This document shows positions 19,442 through 30,484 of a DNA stretch of 59,393 nt, one piece after another. The notes under the pieces were generated by a model. The model worked only from the letters and a program-made list of their open reading frames with translations. It made no database searches and was not told the origin of the DNA. Each line of letters begins with the position of its first letter. Positions within the stretch are counted from its first letter, which is position 1. A program made the position numbers and the translations under genes. Source of the stretch: a plasmid; the sequence record NC_011409.1; one strand, 5' to 3'.

Positions 19442-20589
19442 GGAAGGTGCGATTTAATCGTCATATGTGAGAACATAAAGCTTTCTTTATCATGAGCTGT
19501 TTACAATGCCTGCCATTTCCAGCTATTCCTCCCGTAAATCCCCGTTTTCTTGACCGTATGAATGTTCTGGTGCCGTGGCAGGATATTGCTGATAAGCTGC
19601 TTCACGTCTATCCGTCATCCGTCGCGGCCGACGGCCTTTCCCCCTGGTGCTTATGCTCCGTATCCACTGCCTGCAACTCTGGTTTGACCTCAGTGACGGA
19701 GCGGCTGAAGACGCCCTGCATGATGTCCTGCCGTTCCGTCAATTTGCGGGGATCTGTGACACGGTGCCAGATCGCACAACCATCATGAATTTCCGCCATT
19801 TTCTGGAGAAACATCATGCAGGAGAACAGATACTGGCACTGATTAACCAGAAACTGAAGCAGGCCGGACTGATGTTACGTCAGGGCATCATTATCGATGC
19901 GACCATTATTTCCGCTCCCTGTTCCGTAAAAAATAAAGCCGGTCAACGGGATCCTGAAATGCATCAGACCCGCAAGGGAAATCAGTGGTACTTTGGTATG
20001 AAAGCTCATATTGCTGTTGATGCGGCCACAGGCTTGACGGAAAAAGTAGTGACCACGGCGGCAAATGTGCATGACCTGAATGCGGCGGATAGCCTGATTA
20101 CGGAGCCGGTAGCAATTGTCTTCGCCGATGCCGGATATCGCGGGGCAGAAAAACGGGACTCTCTGACACATCGGGTTAAAGAGTGGTTTATTGCCAAAGG
20201 TCCTCATGCCGTAAAAAAGCTCAGACAGCATCCCCGGCTGAATAAGCAGGCGCTGCATGATGAATATGTGAAAGCAGGTATTAGGGCAAAGGTTGAGCAT
20301 CCTTTCCGGATACTGAAGTGCCAGTTTGGTTTCAGCAAAACACGATTACGGGGACTGATGAAGAACCACAACCGGCTTTCAATGCTGTTTGCAATGTGCA
20401 ATTTGGTGCGGGCGGGACAACTGGCGGGGATGTCGTGAAAATCATTGTAATATCAGTGGAGCAGTGACATTTTGCTTACCCTGAGTTGATGGGGGAGATT
20501 AAATATTGTCCAAACTGGGGTGCTTACTTTGCCGCGTAAGGAGGATATCCAGGCTCTGGATCGTCATGACTGATTAAATCGCACCTTCC
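19442..20589 (+). mobile_element. IS5-family insertion sequence, copy 2 (1148 bp), inverted relative to copy 1
   Basis: Same IRs as copy 1 and near-identical sequence. Confidence 0.85.
19492..20438 (+). pseudogene. IS5-family transposase, frameshifted
   Basis: Split into two ORFs (19492..19788 and 19647..20438). Copy 1 has ...catcccgtcgcgg...; copy 2 has ...catccgtcgcgg..., a 1-bp deletion. Confidence 0.75.
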
Positions 20590-20821
20590 CTAAATACCAT
20601 GCGGGATCCGCACTATTTTCGGTGATAGCAAAAAATAAAAAAGTATAAATAATAAACAAAATTATAAGAGAAGGAGAACATGATAAGCGCAGGCCGAGCA
20701 ATTTAAAGAAGTGTGATATACAACATAAAACAGCAGCATGACCTTTCTATATTTCGTTGCTTATCGAAGTGTTAATTTTCGGGTGGATTACTCTGTTTGT
20801 TGATTAATAACGGAGAAAAAT

Positions 20822-21521
<700 letters not shown>

Positions 21522-21528
21522 ACTTGCG

Positions 21529-22192
21529 ATGGCTAATTTAATACGAAAAGAGGTTACCTTTGAGTCCTCAAAAGCCGCGATAAGGGCGGATATGTCTGAC
21601 ATTTCACGAGTTAAAATACTCAGTGCTTTTATGGATGGGCGAGCTTGGACGGCCACTGAACTAAGTTCTGTGGCGAATATATCAGCTTCAACGGCGAGCA
21701 GTCATTTATCTAAATTATTAGATTGCCAGCTAATCACAATAGTAGCTCAAGGCAAGCATCGTTATTTTCGGCTAGCAGGAAAAGATATTGCTGAATTGAT
21801 GGAAAGTATGATGGGGATCTCCTTAAACCATGGCGTGCATGCCAAAGTTTCCACGCCAGTGCATTTACGAAAAGCACGTACTTGCTATGATCATTTAGCT
21901 GGCGAAGTTGCCGTTAAGATCTATGATTCCCTTTGTCAACAGCAATGGATCACTGAAAATGGTTCAATGATCACATTAAGTGGTATTCAATATTTTCATG
22001 AAATGGGAATTGACGTTCCTTCCAAACATTCACGTAAAATCTGTTGTGCGTGTTTAGATTGGAGTGAACGCCGTTTCCATTTAGGTGGGTACGTTGGAGC
22101 CGCATTATTTTCGCTTTATGAATCTAAAGGGTGGTTAACTCGACATCTTGGTTACCGTGAAGTTACCATCACGGAAAAAGGTTATGCTGCTT

Positions 22193-22215
<23 letters not shown>
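21529..22215 (+). CDS. Tn10 jem-region ORF, ArsR-type HTH regulator-like protein
   Basis: N-terminal winged-HTH (..[38 protein letters not shown]..). Confidence 0.6.
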
Positions 22216-22824
<609 letters not shown>

Positions 22825-22839
22825 CTAATTTTTGTTGAC

Positions 22840-22888
22840 ACTCTATCATTGATAGAGTTATTTTACCACTCCCTATCAGTGATAGAGA
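22840..22888. promoter_or_regulatory. tetO1/tetO2 operators and divergent tetA/tetR promoters
   Basis: Palindromes ACTCTATCATTGATAGAGT (22840-22858) and TCCCTATCAGTGATAGAGA (22870-22888). TTGACA -35 at 22835-22840. Confidence 0.9.
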
Positions 22889-22896
22889 AAAGTGAA

Positions 22897-24102
22897 ATGA
22901 ATAGTTCGACAAAGATCGCATTGGTAATTACGTTACTCGATGCCATGGGGATTGGCCTTATCATGCCAGTCTTGCCAACGTTATTACGTGAATTTATTGC
23001 TTCGGAAGATATCGCTAACCACTTTGGCGTATTGCTTGCACTTTATGCGTTAATGCAGGTTATCTTTGCTCCTTGGCTTGGAAAAATGTCTGACCGATTT
23101 GGTCGGCGCCCAGTGCTGTTGTTGTCATTAATAGGCGCATCGCTGGATTACTTATTGCTGGCTTTTTCAAGTGCGCTTTGGATGCTGTATTTAGGCCGTT
23201 TGCTTTCAGGGATCACAGGAGCTACTGGGGCTGTCGCGGCATCGGTCATTGCCGATACCACCTCAGCTTCTCAACGCGTGAAGTGGTTCGGTTGGTTAGG
23301 GGCAAGTTTTGGGCTTGGTTTAATAGCGGGGCCTATTATTGGTGGTTTTGCAGGAGAGATTTCACCGCATAGTCCCTTTTTTATCGCTGCGTTGCTAAAT
23401 ATTGTCGCTTTCCTTGTGGTTATGTTTTGGTTCCGTGAAACCAAAAATACACGTGATAATACAGATACCGAAGTAGGGGTTGAGACGCAATCGAATTCGG
23501 TATACATCACTTTATTTAAAACGATGCCCATTTTGTTGATTATTTATTTTTCAGCGCAATTGATAGGCCAAATTCCCGCAACGGTGTGGGTGCTATTTAC
23601 CGAAAATCGTTTTGGATGGAATAGCATGATGGTTGGCTTTTCATTAGCGGGTCTTGGTCTTTTACACTCAGTATTCCAAGCCTTTGTGGCAGGAAGAATA
23701 GCCACTAAATGGGGCGAAAAAACGGCAGTACTGCTCGGATTTATTGCAGATAGTAGTGCATTTGCCTTTTTAGCGTTTATATCTGAAGGTTGGTTAGTTT
23801 TCCCTGTTTTAATTTTATTGGCTGGTGGTGGGATCGCTTTACCTGCATTACAGGGAGTGATGTCTATCCAAACAAAGAGTCATCAGCAAGGTGCTTTACA
23901 GGGATTATTGGTGAGCCTTACCAATGCAACCGGTGTTATTGGCCCATTACTGTTTGCTGTTATTTATAATCATTCACTACCAATTTGGGATGGCTGGATT
24001 TGGATTATTGGTTTAGCGTTTTACTGTATTATTATCCTGCTATCGATGACCTTCATGTTAACCCCTCAAGCTCAGGGGAGTAAACAGGAGACAAGTGCTT
24101 AG
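22897..24102 (+). CDS. tetA: Tetracycline efflux MFS transporter TetA(B)
   Basis: 401 aa starting MNSSTKIALVITLLDAMGIGLIMPVLP. A 12-TM MFS transporter. The track ORF starts upstream at 22849 in the operator region; the true start is 22897. Confidence 0.9.
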   Translation: MNSSTKIALVITLLDAMGIGLIMPVLPTLLREFIASEDIANHFGVLLALYALMQVIFAPWLGKMSDRFGRRPVLLLSLIGASLDYLLLAFSSALWMLYLGRLLSGITGATGAVAASVIADTTSASQRVKWFGWLGASFGLGLIAGPIIGGFAGEISPHSPFFIAALLNIVAFLVVMFWFRETKNTRDNTDTEVGVETQSNSVYITLFKTMPILLIIYFSAQLIGQIPATVWVLFTENRFGWNSMMVGFSLAGLGLLHSVFQAFVAGRIATKWGEKTAVLLGFIADSSAFAFLAFISEGWLVFPVLILLAGGGIALPALQGVMSIQTKSHQQGALQGLLVSLTNATGVIGPLLFAVIYNHSLPIWDGWIWIIGLAFYCIIILLSMTFMLTPQAQGSKQETSA

Positions 24103-24142
24103 TTATTTCGTCACCAAATGATGTTATTCCGCGAAATATAAT

Positions 24143-24175
24143 GACCCTCTTGATAACCCAAGAGGGCATTTTTTA
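24143..24175 (+). terminator. Terminator downstream of tetA (bidirectional with tetC)
   Basis: Stem ccctcttg-ataaccc-aagaggg followed by cattttttacg. Confidence 0.6.
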
Positions 24176-24214
24176 CGATAAAGAAGATTTAGCTTCAAAT
24201 AAAACCTATCTATT

Positions 24215-24808
24215 TTATTTATCTTTCAAGCTCAATAAAAAGCCGCGGTAAATAGCAATAAATTGGCCTTTTTTATCGGCAAGCTCTTTTAGGTTTTTCG
24301 CATGTATTGCGATATGCATAAACCAGCCATTGAGTAAGTTTTTAAGCACATCATCATCATAAGCTTTAAGTTGGTTCTCTTGGATCAATTTGCTGACAAT
24401 GGCGTTTACCTTACCAGTAATGTATTCAAGGCTAATTTTTTCAAGTTCATTCCAACCAATGATAGGCATCACTTCTTGGATAGGGATAAGGTTTTTATTA
24501 TTATCAATAATATAATCAAGATAATGTTCAAATATACTTTCTAAGGCAGACCAACCATTTGTTAAATCAGTTTTTGTTGTGATGTAGGCATCAATCATAA
24601 TTAATTGCTGCTTATAACAGGCACTGAGTAATTGTTTTTTATTTTTAAAGTGATGATAAAAGGCACCTTTGGTCACCAACGCTTTTCCCGAGATCTCATC
24701 TATTGAAACAGCTTGATAGCCTTTTTCAACAAACAATATTCGTGCTGAGTTAACCAGTGATTGATAGGTACTCTTAAAATTTTCTTGTTGATGATTTTTA
24801 TTTTCCAT
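24215..24808 (-). CDS. tetC: TetC (TetR-family regulator of Tn10)
   Basis: TetR-family HTH (..VSIDEISGKALVTKGAFYHHFKNKKQLL..). The track ORF extends to 24883. I place the start at MENKNHQQ (24808) to give ~197 aa as I recall for TetC; the start is uncertain. Confidence 0.7.
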   Translation of the reverse strand: MENKNHQQENFKSTYQSLVNSARILFVEKGYQAVSIDEISGKALVTKGAFYHHFKNKKQLLSACYKQQLIMIDAYITTKTDLTNGWSALESIFEHYLDYIIDNNKNLIPIQEVMPIIGWNELEKISLEYITGKVNAIVSKLIQENQLKAYDDDVLKNLLNGWFMHIAIHAKNLKELADKKGQFIAIYRGFLLSLKDK

Positions 24809-24895
24809 GATAGATTTAAAATAACATACCGTCAGTATGTTTATGGTATCATGATGATGTGGTCGTGACAATCTTAAGAACATTTAGGTTATTTT

Positions 24896-25312
24896 ATGTA
24901 TATTGAACAGCATTCTCGCTATCAAAATAAAGCTAATAACATCCAATTAAGATATGATGATAAGCAGTTTCATACAACGGTTATCAAAGATGTTCTATTA
25001 TGGATTGAACATAATTTAGATCAGTCTTTACTGCTTGATGATGTGGCGAATAAAGCGGGTTATACCAAGTGGTATTTTCAGCGGCTGTTCAAAAAAGTAA
25101 CAGGGGTCACACTGGCTAGCTATATTCGTGCTCGTCGTTTGACGAAAGCGGCTGTTGAGTTGAGGTTGACGAAAAAAACTATCCTTGAGATCGCATTAAA
25201 ATATCAATTTGATTCCCAACAATCTTTTACACGTCGATTTAAGTACATTTTTAAGGTTACACCAAGTTATTATCGGCGTAATAAATTATGGGAATTGGAG
25301 GCAATGCACTGA
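24896..25312 (+). CDS. tetD: TetD (AraC/XylS-family regulator of Tn10)
   Basis: 138 aa. AraC-type HTH (..LLLDDVANKAGYTKWYFQRLFKKVTGVTLASYIRARRL..). The stop codon overlaps the IS10 inside end, as in Tn10. Confidence 0.85.
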   Translation: MYIEQHSRYQNKANNIQLRYDDKQFHTTVIKDVLLWIEHNLDQSLLLDDVANKAGYTKWYFQRLFKKVTGVTLASYIRARRLTKAAVELRLTKKTILEIALKYQFDSQQSFTRRFKYIFKVTPSYYRRNKLWELEAMH

Positions 25313-26637
25313 GAGATCCCCTCATAATTTCCCCAAAGCGTAACCATGTGTGAATAAATTTTGAGCTAGTAGGGTTGCAGCCACGAGTAAGTCTTCCCTT
25401 GTTATTGTGTAGCCAGAATGCCGCAAAACTTCCATGCCTAAGCGAACTGTTGAGAGTACGTTTCGATTTCTGACTGTGTTAGCCTGGAAGTGCTTGTCCC
25501 AACCTTGTTTCTGAGCATGAACGCCCGCAAGCCAACATGTTAGTTGAAGCATCAGGGCGATTAGCAGCATGATATCAAAACGCTCTGAGCTGCTCGTTCG
25601 GCTATGGCGTAGGCCTAGTCCGTAGGCAGGACTTTTCAAGTCTCGGAAGGTTTCTTCAATCTGCATTCGCTTCGAATAGATATTAACAAGTTGTTTGGGT
25701 GTTCGAATTTCAACAGGTAAGTTAGTTGCTAGAACCCATGGCTCCTTTGCCGACGCTGAGTAGATTTTAGGTGACGGGTGGTGACAATGAGTCCGTGTCG
25801 AGCGCTGATTTTTTCGGCCTTTAGAGCGAGATTTATACAATAGAATTTGGCATGAGATTGGATTGCTTTTAGTCAGCCTCTTATAGCCTAAAGTCTTTGA
25901 GTGACTAGATGACATATCATGTAAGTTGCTGATAGGTTTCCAGTTTTCCGCTCCTAGGTCTGCATATTGTACTTTTCCTCTTACTCGACTTAACCAGTAC
26001 CAACCCAGCTTCTCAACGGATTTATACCATGGCACTTTAAAGCCAGCATCACTGACAATGAGCGGTGTGGTGTTACTCGGTAGAATGCTCGCAAGGTCGG
26101 CTAGAAATTGGTCATGAGCTTTCTTTGAACATTGCTCTGAAAGCGGGAACGCTTTCTCATAAAGAGTAACAGAACGACCGTGTAGTGCGACTGAAGCTCG
26201 CAATACCATAAGTCGTTTTTGCTCACGAATATCAGACCAGTCAACAAGTACAATGGGCATCGTATTGCCCGAACAGATAAAGCTAGCATGCCAACGGTAT
26301 ACAGCGAGTCGCTCTTTGTGGAGGTGACGATTACCTAACAATCGGTCGATTCGTTTGATGTTATGTTTTGTTCTCGCTTTGGTTGGCAGGTTACGGCCAA
26401 GTTCGGTAAGAGTGAGAGTTTTACAGTCAAGTAATGCGTGGCAAGCCAACGTTAAGCTGTTGAGTCGTTTTAAGTGTAATTCGGGGCAGAATTGGTAAAG
26501 AGAGTCGTGTAAAATATCGAGTTCGCACATCTTGTTGTCTGATTATTGATTTTTCGCGAAACCATTTGATCATATGACAAGATGTGTATCCACCTTAACT
26601 TAATGATTTTTACCAAAATCATTAGGGGATTCATCAG
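25309..26637 (-). mobile_element. IS10-right (1329 bp, intact)
   Basis: Inside end CTGAGAGATCCCCTCATAATTTCC at 25309 and outside end ...AATCATTAGGGGATTCATCAG at 26637. Full 402-aa transposase. Confidence 0.9.
25322..26530 (-). CDS. IS10 transposase (402 aa)
   Basis: MCELDILHDSLYQFCPELHL...HGYALGKL, the IS4-family DDE transposase of IS10. Confidence 0.9.
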   Translation of the reverse strand: MCELDILHDSLYQFCPELHLKRLNSLTLACHALLDCKTLTLTELGRNLPTKARTKHNIKRIDRLLGNRHLHKERLAVYRWHASFICSGNTMPIVLVDWSDIREQKRLMVLRASVALHGRSVTLYEKAFPLSEQCSKKAHDQFLADLASILPSNTTPLIVSDAGFKVPWYKSVEKLGWYWLSRVRGKVQYADLGAENWKPISNLHDMSSSHSKTLGYKRLTKSNPISCQILLYKSRSKGRKNQRSTRTHCHHPSPKIYSASAKEPWVLATNLPVEIRTPKQLVNIYSKRMQIEETFRDLKSPAYGLGLRHSRTSSSERFDIMLLIALMLQLTCWLAGVHAQKQGWDKHFQANTVRNRNVLSTVRLGMEVLRHSGYTITREDLLVAATLLAQNLFTHGYALGKL

Positions 26638-26646
26638 CACTTTGAT

Positions 26647-26931
26647 TGGGATATATATCAATCAAAAAGAACACCACTTAAGTTAGGGGATGTTTCGTGT
26701 ACTATCTGCGCTAAACAGTTATTGGGAATGCCAACCATTCATCGCTTAATTGAAAAACAATTAAGTTATGATTGGGGTGCTACCAGCGTTGAAGATTGGA
26801 TTGAAAACGATCATGCCGTAGAGAAGGATAAACGCATTGTGAGCCAGCATTTTATTGATGGGGAAAGTGTTTTTATCATCACTGAAGCAGATCGTAGCTC
26901 TACAACGATTATGCTCGGATATGAATATTAA
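26647..26931 (+). pseudogene. 3' part of the ICE gene split by Tn10
   Basis: Frame continuous with 14301..14612 once the Tn10 and one TSD copy are removed (..GHFD|WDIYQSKRTPLKLGDVSCTICAKQLLGMPTIHRLIEKQ..). The track reports only 26722..26931. Confidence 0.65.
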
Positions 26932-26988
26932 TCTATTTACCTTGAAAGCCTATCTACATAAAGTAGATAGGCTTTTCCTTTTTAGGGT

Positions 26989-27753
26989 ATGATAAATAAA
27001 ACTCTTTTTAATAGTATAACGATGCCTTATTTAACCTCTTCTCAAACTGAATGCTTAAAATGGTTAGCTCTTATCACGATGATTATCGATCACATTGGTG
27101 TGGCTTTTTCAAATGCTTACCCTGCTCTATCCTGGTGTCGGGTGATAGGGCGATTTTCCTACGTGGCGTTTGGATTTATCATCGCACTTAATTTATCTCG
27201 AGATAAAGTGAACTTTAAAAGTTATTTCACTTGGATGATAGCAACCGCATTTTTATCTGAAATCAGTTTTACGCTTTTCGAGCCTAATTATGACCGTTTA
27301 AATGTCCTATTTCAGTTTTTATCTGTAATCGGGGTAATATGGGTATATAAAAACCGTCAAGACTTAAATAGCTGGGTCATGTTTTTTGGATTGGGCTTTT
27401 TTATTATTCTTTCCGCACTCTCTGATTATGGTTTACCTGGGCTTTTATATTGCATTGGTTGTTATCTCTTTTTGCAAACAAAAGATACTCAATATCGTCT
27501 TATTACGATGCCAACCTGTGTATTGCTCGCACTTTTCGTCAATCATAGTTTTATTGATAATTTCGGGGAAACTATTGTTGAAACAATCAGTGTTGTAACT
27601 GTTGTGGTCGGTACAATGATATTTATTCTTCACCCTAAAGGCCTTCGCCAATGTAATCTCTCAATCTCTCGAATGCCTAAGCTTTTCTTTTATCTTTTTT
27701 ACCCGGTGCACTTAACAATTATTGTTGGCGTTAAATATATTTTTCTCAGCTAA
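26989..27753 (+). CDS. Polytopic inner-membrane protein, possibly TraX-like (tentative)
   Basis: 254 aa, largely hydrophobic, with ~7 predicted TM segments. Sits immediately upstream of the T4SS cluster. The TraX assignment is by architecture only. Confidence 0.45.
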   Translation: MINKTLFNSITMPYLTSSQTECLKWLALITMIIDHIGVAFSNAYPALSWCRVIGRFSYVAFGFIIALNLSRDKVNFKSYFTWMIATAFLSEISFTLFEPNYDRLNVLFQFLSVIGVIWVYKNRQDLNSWVMFFGLGFFIILSALSDYGLPGLLYCIGCYLFLQTKDTQYRLITMPTCVLLALFVNHSFIDNFGETIVETISVVTVVVGTMIFILHPKGLRQCNLSISRMPKLFFYLFYPVHLTIIVGVKYIFLS

Positions 27754-27851
27754 TTTTTCTATCTTTACTTCAAGAAGAATAAATTATTCAAATTCAGGTG
27801 AGAGTTATCCATATTAAGGCATTATTTAAATACCTTAATTGGAGCCTCATC

Positions 27852-28481
27852 ATGAAAAAAATTCTATTAACCACTTTTGCATTGGTTGTGCTTTCAGGTT
27901 GTGCACATAAACAACAAACAGCCGATGAGCAACAAGCACTAGAAAATCCAAATATTCAACAAGGTCAGCATCAAGTTTTACAACCGGAAGATAGAATTGT
28001 TCGTCCGGATATTTACACAGACTATCAGCCTGAACGTACAGAAGTGTTACGTGAAGGTCGATACACTTTAATTAATTTCTCTCCGGAAGAAGGTCAAAAA
28101 TACCTTCTAGACCAAAGTGTCACTGTCAACATGTTAGGTAAAAAGAAACGAGCCTTAACGGCAACCGTTGAGCAGGGATTACGCACGACGTTAAAAGATA
28201 CAGGCCTTTCACTTTGCCATGGCTTTGGTCAGAATGAACCAACACTTTCTACGCTTTATTCCCGTCCATTACCAAAAGTACATTATCAATTTGGCCCGAT
28301 GGCTTTACGTGATGCCCTTCAAATGTTAGCAGGGCCGGCTTATGAAATTACTATCAATGACGTTTCTCGTACCGTTTGTTTTAAATTACGCCCAGCTGTA
28401 CCGGAACGTGCTACAGGGGAAAAGCCGAAAGTAGAAACCACAACAACGACAACAACCACAACAGAAATCATCGAGGAATAA
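27852..28481 (+). CDS. T4SS-associated lipoprotein
   Basis: Signal peptide MKKILLTTFALVVLSGC (lipobox). C-terminal T-rich tail. The track start 27798 is upstream of the RBS-proximal Met. Confidence 0.6.
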   Translation: MKKILLTTFALVVLSGCAHKQQTADEQQALENPNIQQGQHQVLQPEDRIVRPDIYTDYQPERTEVLREGRYTLINFSPEEGQKYLLDQSVTVNMLGKKKRALTATVEQGLRTTLKDTGLSLCHGFGQNEPTLSTLYSRPLPKVHYQFGPMALRDALQMLAGPAYEITINDVSRTVCFKLRPAVPERATGEKPKVETTTTTTTTTEIIEE

Positions 28482-28484
28482 GCA

Positions 28485-29225
28485 ATGAATCATGTTAAAA
28501 AAATATCCTATGTGGCGATGATATTAGGGATGTTTTCTACTGCTGTATTTGCTGATGTCACAGCAGCGAATACGCTGGCTACTCAATCCTTAAACCAGCA
28601 AAACTTGGTGACAAATAAATTAAATCAACAAGAGTTATTAGCTAAGTCTCAGGAGTGGGGTTTAACTGAGCAAGAATGGCAACGCTACCAAGAGCTTAAT
28701 CAAGGTGCTCGTGGTATATGGTCGCCAGGTCTTGACCCTTTAACCTCGCTTGGTGTGGAGTCTCGAAATGAGCAGGAAAGAGAGCGTTATGCTCGACTAC
28801 TGGCAAAAAAAATGCACGACCGCATGGAGCGAGAGCTGCAGTTCCAACGCACTTATGATCGCGTATTTGCTGAAATGTATCCAAATGAGCAACCATTTAA
28901 GGTTGAACCTCATATTTCAGAGCGGTTTGGACGGGTGATTTATTTTACTCGCCTAGAAAATTGTGACAAATGTGAAGCGAATGCTGATCGTGTACTGCAA
29001 TATGTGAATGATAAAACGCCTATAGATATTTATTTTGTTGGCGTGAAGAATAATGAGCAAATCTATAATTGGGCGAAAAAACATAATATCGACCCAAATA
29101 AAGTGAATAGAAAATTAATTACCCTTAATCATGATAATGGAGCCTGGTTACAGTATGCAGATGGCAAAATGCCTGCTGCATTCCAAATTCAACAGGATGG
29201 GCAATGGCAACAAATCGTCTATTAA
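28485..29225 (+). CDS. Exported T4SS-cluster protein
   Basis: Signal peptide MNHVKKISYVAMILGMFSTAVFA. Tightly packed in the operon. Confidence 0.55.
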   Translation: MNHVKKISYVAMILGMFSTAVFADVTAANTLATQSLNQQNLVTNKLNQQELLAKSQEWGLTEQEWQRYQELNQGARGIWSPGLDPLTSLGVESRNEQERERYARLLAKKMHDRMERELQFQRTYDRVFAEMYPNEQPFKVEPHISERFGRVIYFTRLENCDKCEANADRVLQYVNDKTPIDIYFVGVKNNEQIYNWAKKHNIDPNKVNRKLITLNHDNGAWLQYADGKMPAAFQIQQDGQWQQIVY

Positions 29226-29962
29226 AAATCGTATTTAGCTTAATCGGTCTTGGAGTTGCGACTCACTCCGTTGCATTTAATGGCTTTGGAACTGATATTG
29301 ATGGCTATATTAAAGATGCATCTAATCGCTACCAGGTCGATGAAGCGATGCTACGTGGGTTAGTAAAAATTGAAGATGGGTGGTATGGAAATGTTTCCCC
29401 AACCGGGGCAACCGGTGTGGGGCAATTTACCCGGGGTACCTGGAATTGGCTTGCCACAACAGATGAGGGGCGAGCCTTAGGTATGACTCAAATCACTCGT
29501 TACAATCGTGATACACCTTTCGACCCTAGAAAAAACAATCAACTTAACACTCTAGCAACCGCACTTTTAGCTAGATGGCATATTAATCAGTTTTTTGAGC
29601 GAGGCATAAAACCATCCCATGAAAATTTATATCTTGCTCATAATATCGGTATAGATGGGTTACATCGAGCGCTACAAGGTAGAGCAACACGTGAAGATAT
29701 TCTAAATATGAAACGTAACGGGATGAAAAAAGGAATGTCGGTACAAGGCTTTCTTGTTTATCAAAGTGAGCGTTTTAATGTCAGTAAACAAATAGCTAAC
29801 TTCCAGCGCCCTTCAGTATCACCACGTTATCAAATTGAGAACAAACCATTACCAGCCAATTTACATTGGGTTTCTCCAACAGAAACCGCTATGCGTTGGG
29901 TTGAGCCAGCGTCAAATCAAACAAATCAACAAGCTATTCGTTGGCAAAATCCAACCAATTAA
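29204..29962 (+). CDS. Exported protein, possibly lytic transglycosylase-like (tentative)
   Basis: Signal peptide. Motifs ..GVGQFTRGTWNWLA.. and ..YLAHNIGIDG.. are reminiscent of SLT-domain proteins but weak. Confidence 0.45.
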   Translation: MATNRLLKIVFSLIGLGVATHSVAFNGFGTDIDGYIKDASNRYQVDEAMLRGLVKIEDGWYGNVSPTGATGVGQFTRGTWNWLATTDEGRALGMTQITRYNRDTPFDPRKNNQLNTLATALLARWHINQFFERGIKPSHENLYLAHNIGIDGLHRALQGRATREDILNMKRNGMKKGMSVQGFLVYQSERFNVSKQIANFQRPSVSPRYQIENKPLPANLHWVSPTETAMRWVEPASNQTNQQAIRWQNPTN

Positions 29963-29977
29963 TACGAGAACAGAATT

Positions 29978-30484
29978 ATGCAGTATAAATCCTTTTTCCT
30001 CTCTTTGGTCTGCTTAGGAGCAGTAGTTCAGGCGCAAGCTGAATTAAAAGTTATTGGTGATTTTGGCGGAGAAAGTGCAGTCCGTTTTTATGAAGCATTA
30101 CAACCGGATGAATCAATGGTTCAAGCCTACCCTAATAGCGTTCCTTCAACATTGACCGAAGCGGATATTTTACCTGTTATCTCACATAGAATGACACCGG
30201 GCCAAATACAACCAGTCAGAATGAATCTTCCTGGAATGTTGCCTATTTTTCTTATTGGAACAGATAACTTATCTAAAAATTGGCTACACGCTAATTATAA
30301 TTACCTTAAAAAAATTGGTGCAATGGGACTTGTAGTAAGCGTTAAAACAACAAACGAATTAAGCGAGTTACGCCAATTAGCACCTGATTTAACCTTAATG
30401 CCAACGCCAGGGGATGACTTAGCTTCAAGATTGAATCTTGCTCACTACCCTGCTTTATTGACTTCAGAAGGATTGTCGCAATGA
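29978..30484 (+). CDS. Exported T4SS-cluster protein
   Basis: Signal peptide MQYKSFFLSLVCLGAVVQAQA. Confidence 0.55.
   Translation: MQYKSFFLSLVCLGAVVQAQAELKVIGDFGGESAVRFYEALQPDESMVQAYPNSVPSTLTEADILPVISHRMTPGQIQPVRMNLPGMLPIFLIGTDNLSKNWLHANYNYLKKIGAMGLVVSVKTTNELSELRQLAPDLTLMPTPGDDLASRLNLAHYPALLTSEGLSQ

Noticed and set aside
15133..20401. Short ORFs inside IS10, IS5-family, IS30-family and catA2 sequences on the non-coding strand (e.g. 14961..15149, 15133..15324, 16001..16527 set, 16585..16841, 17840..18226, 18354..18955 set, 19004..19255, 19608..19817, 19875..20401 set, 25926..26289)
   Set aside because: They mirror each other between the duplicated IS copies and overlap the transposase or cat genes out of frame. 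These are artefacts of the real genes on the other strand.
23178..23531. ORFs 23178..23372 and 23271..23531 inside tetA(B); 21263..21656 minus-strand ORFs in the jem region; 22646..22828 inside tetR
   Set aside because: Embedded in known Tn10 genes with no independent signals.
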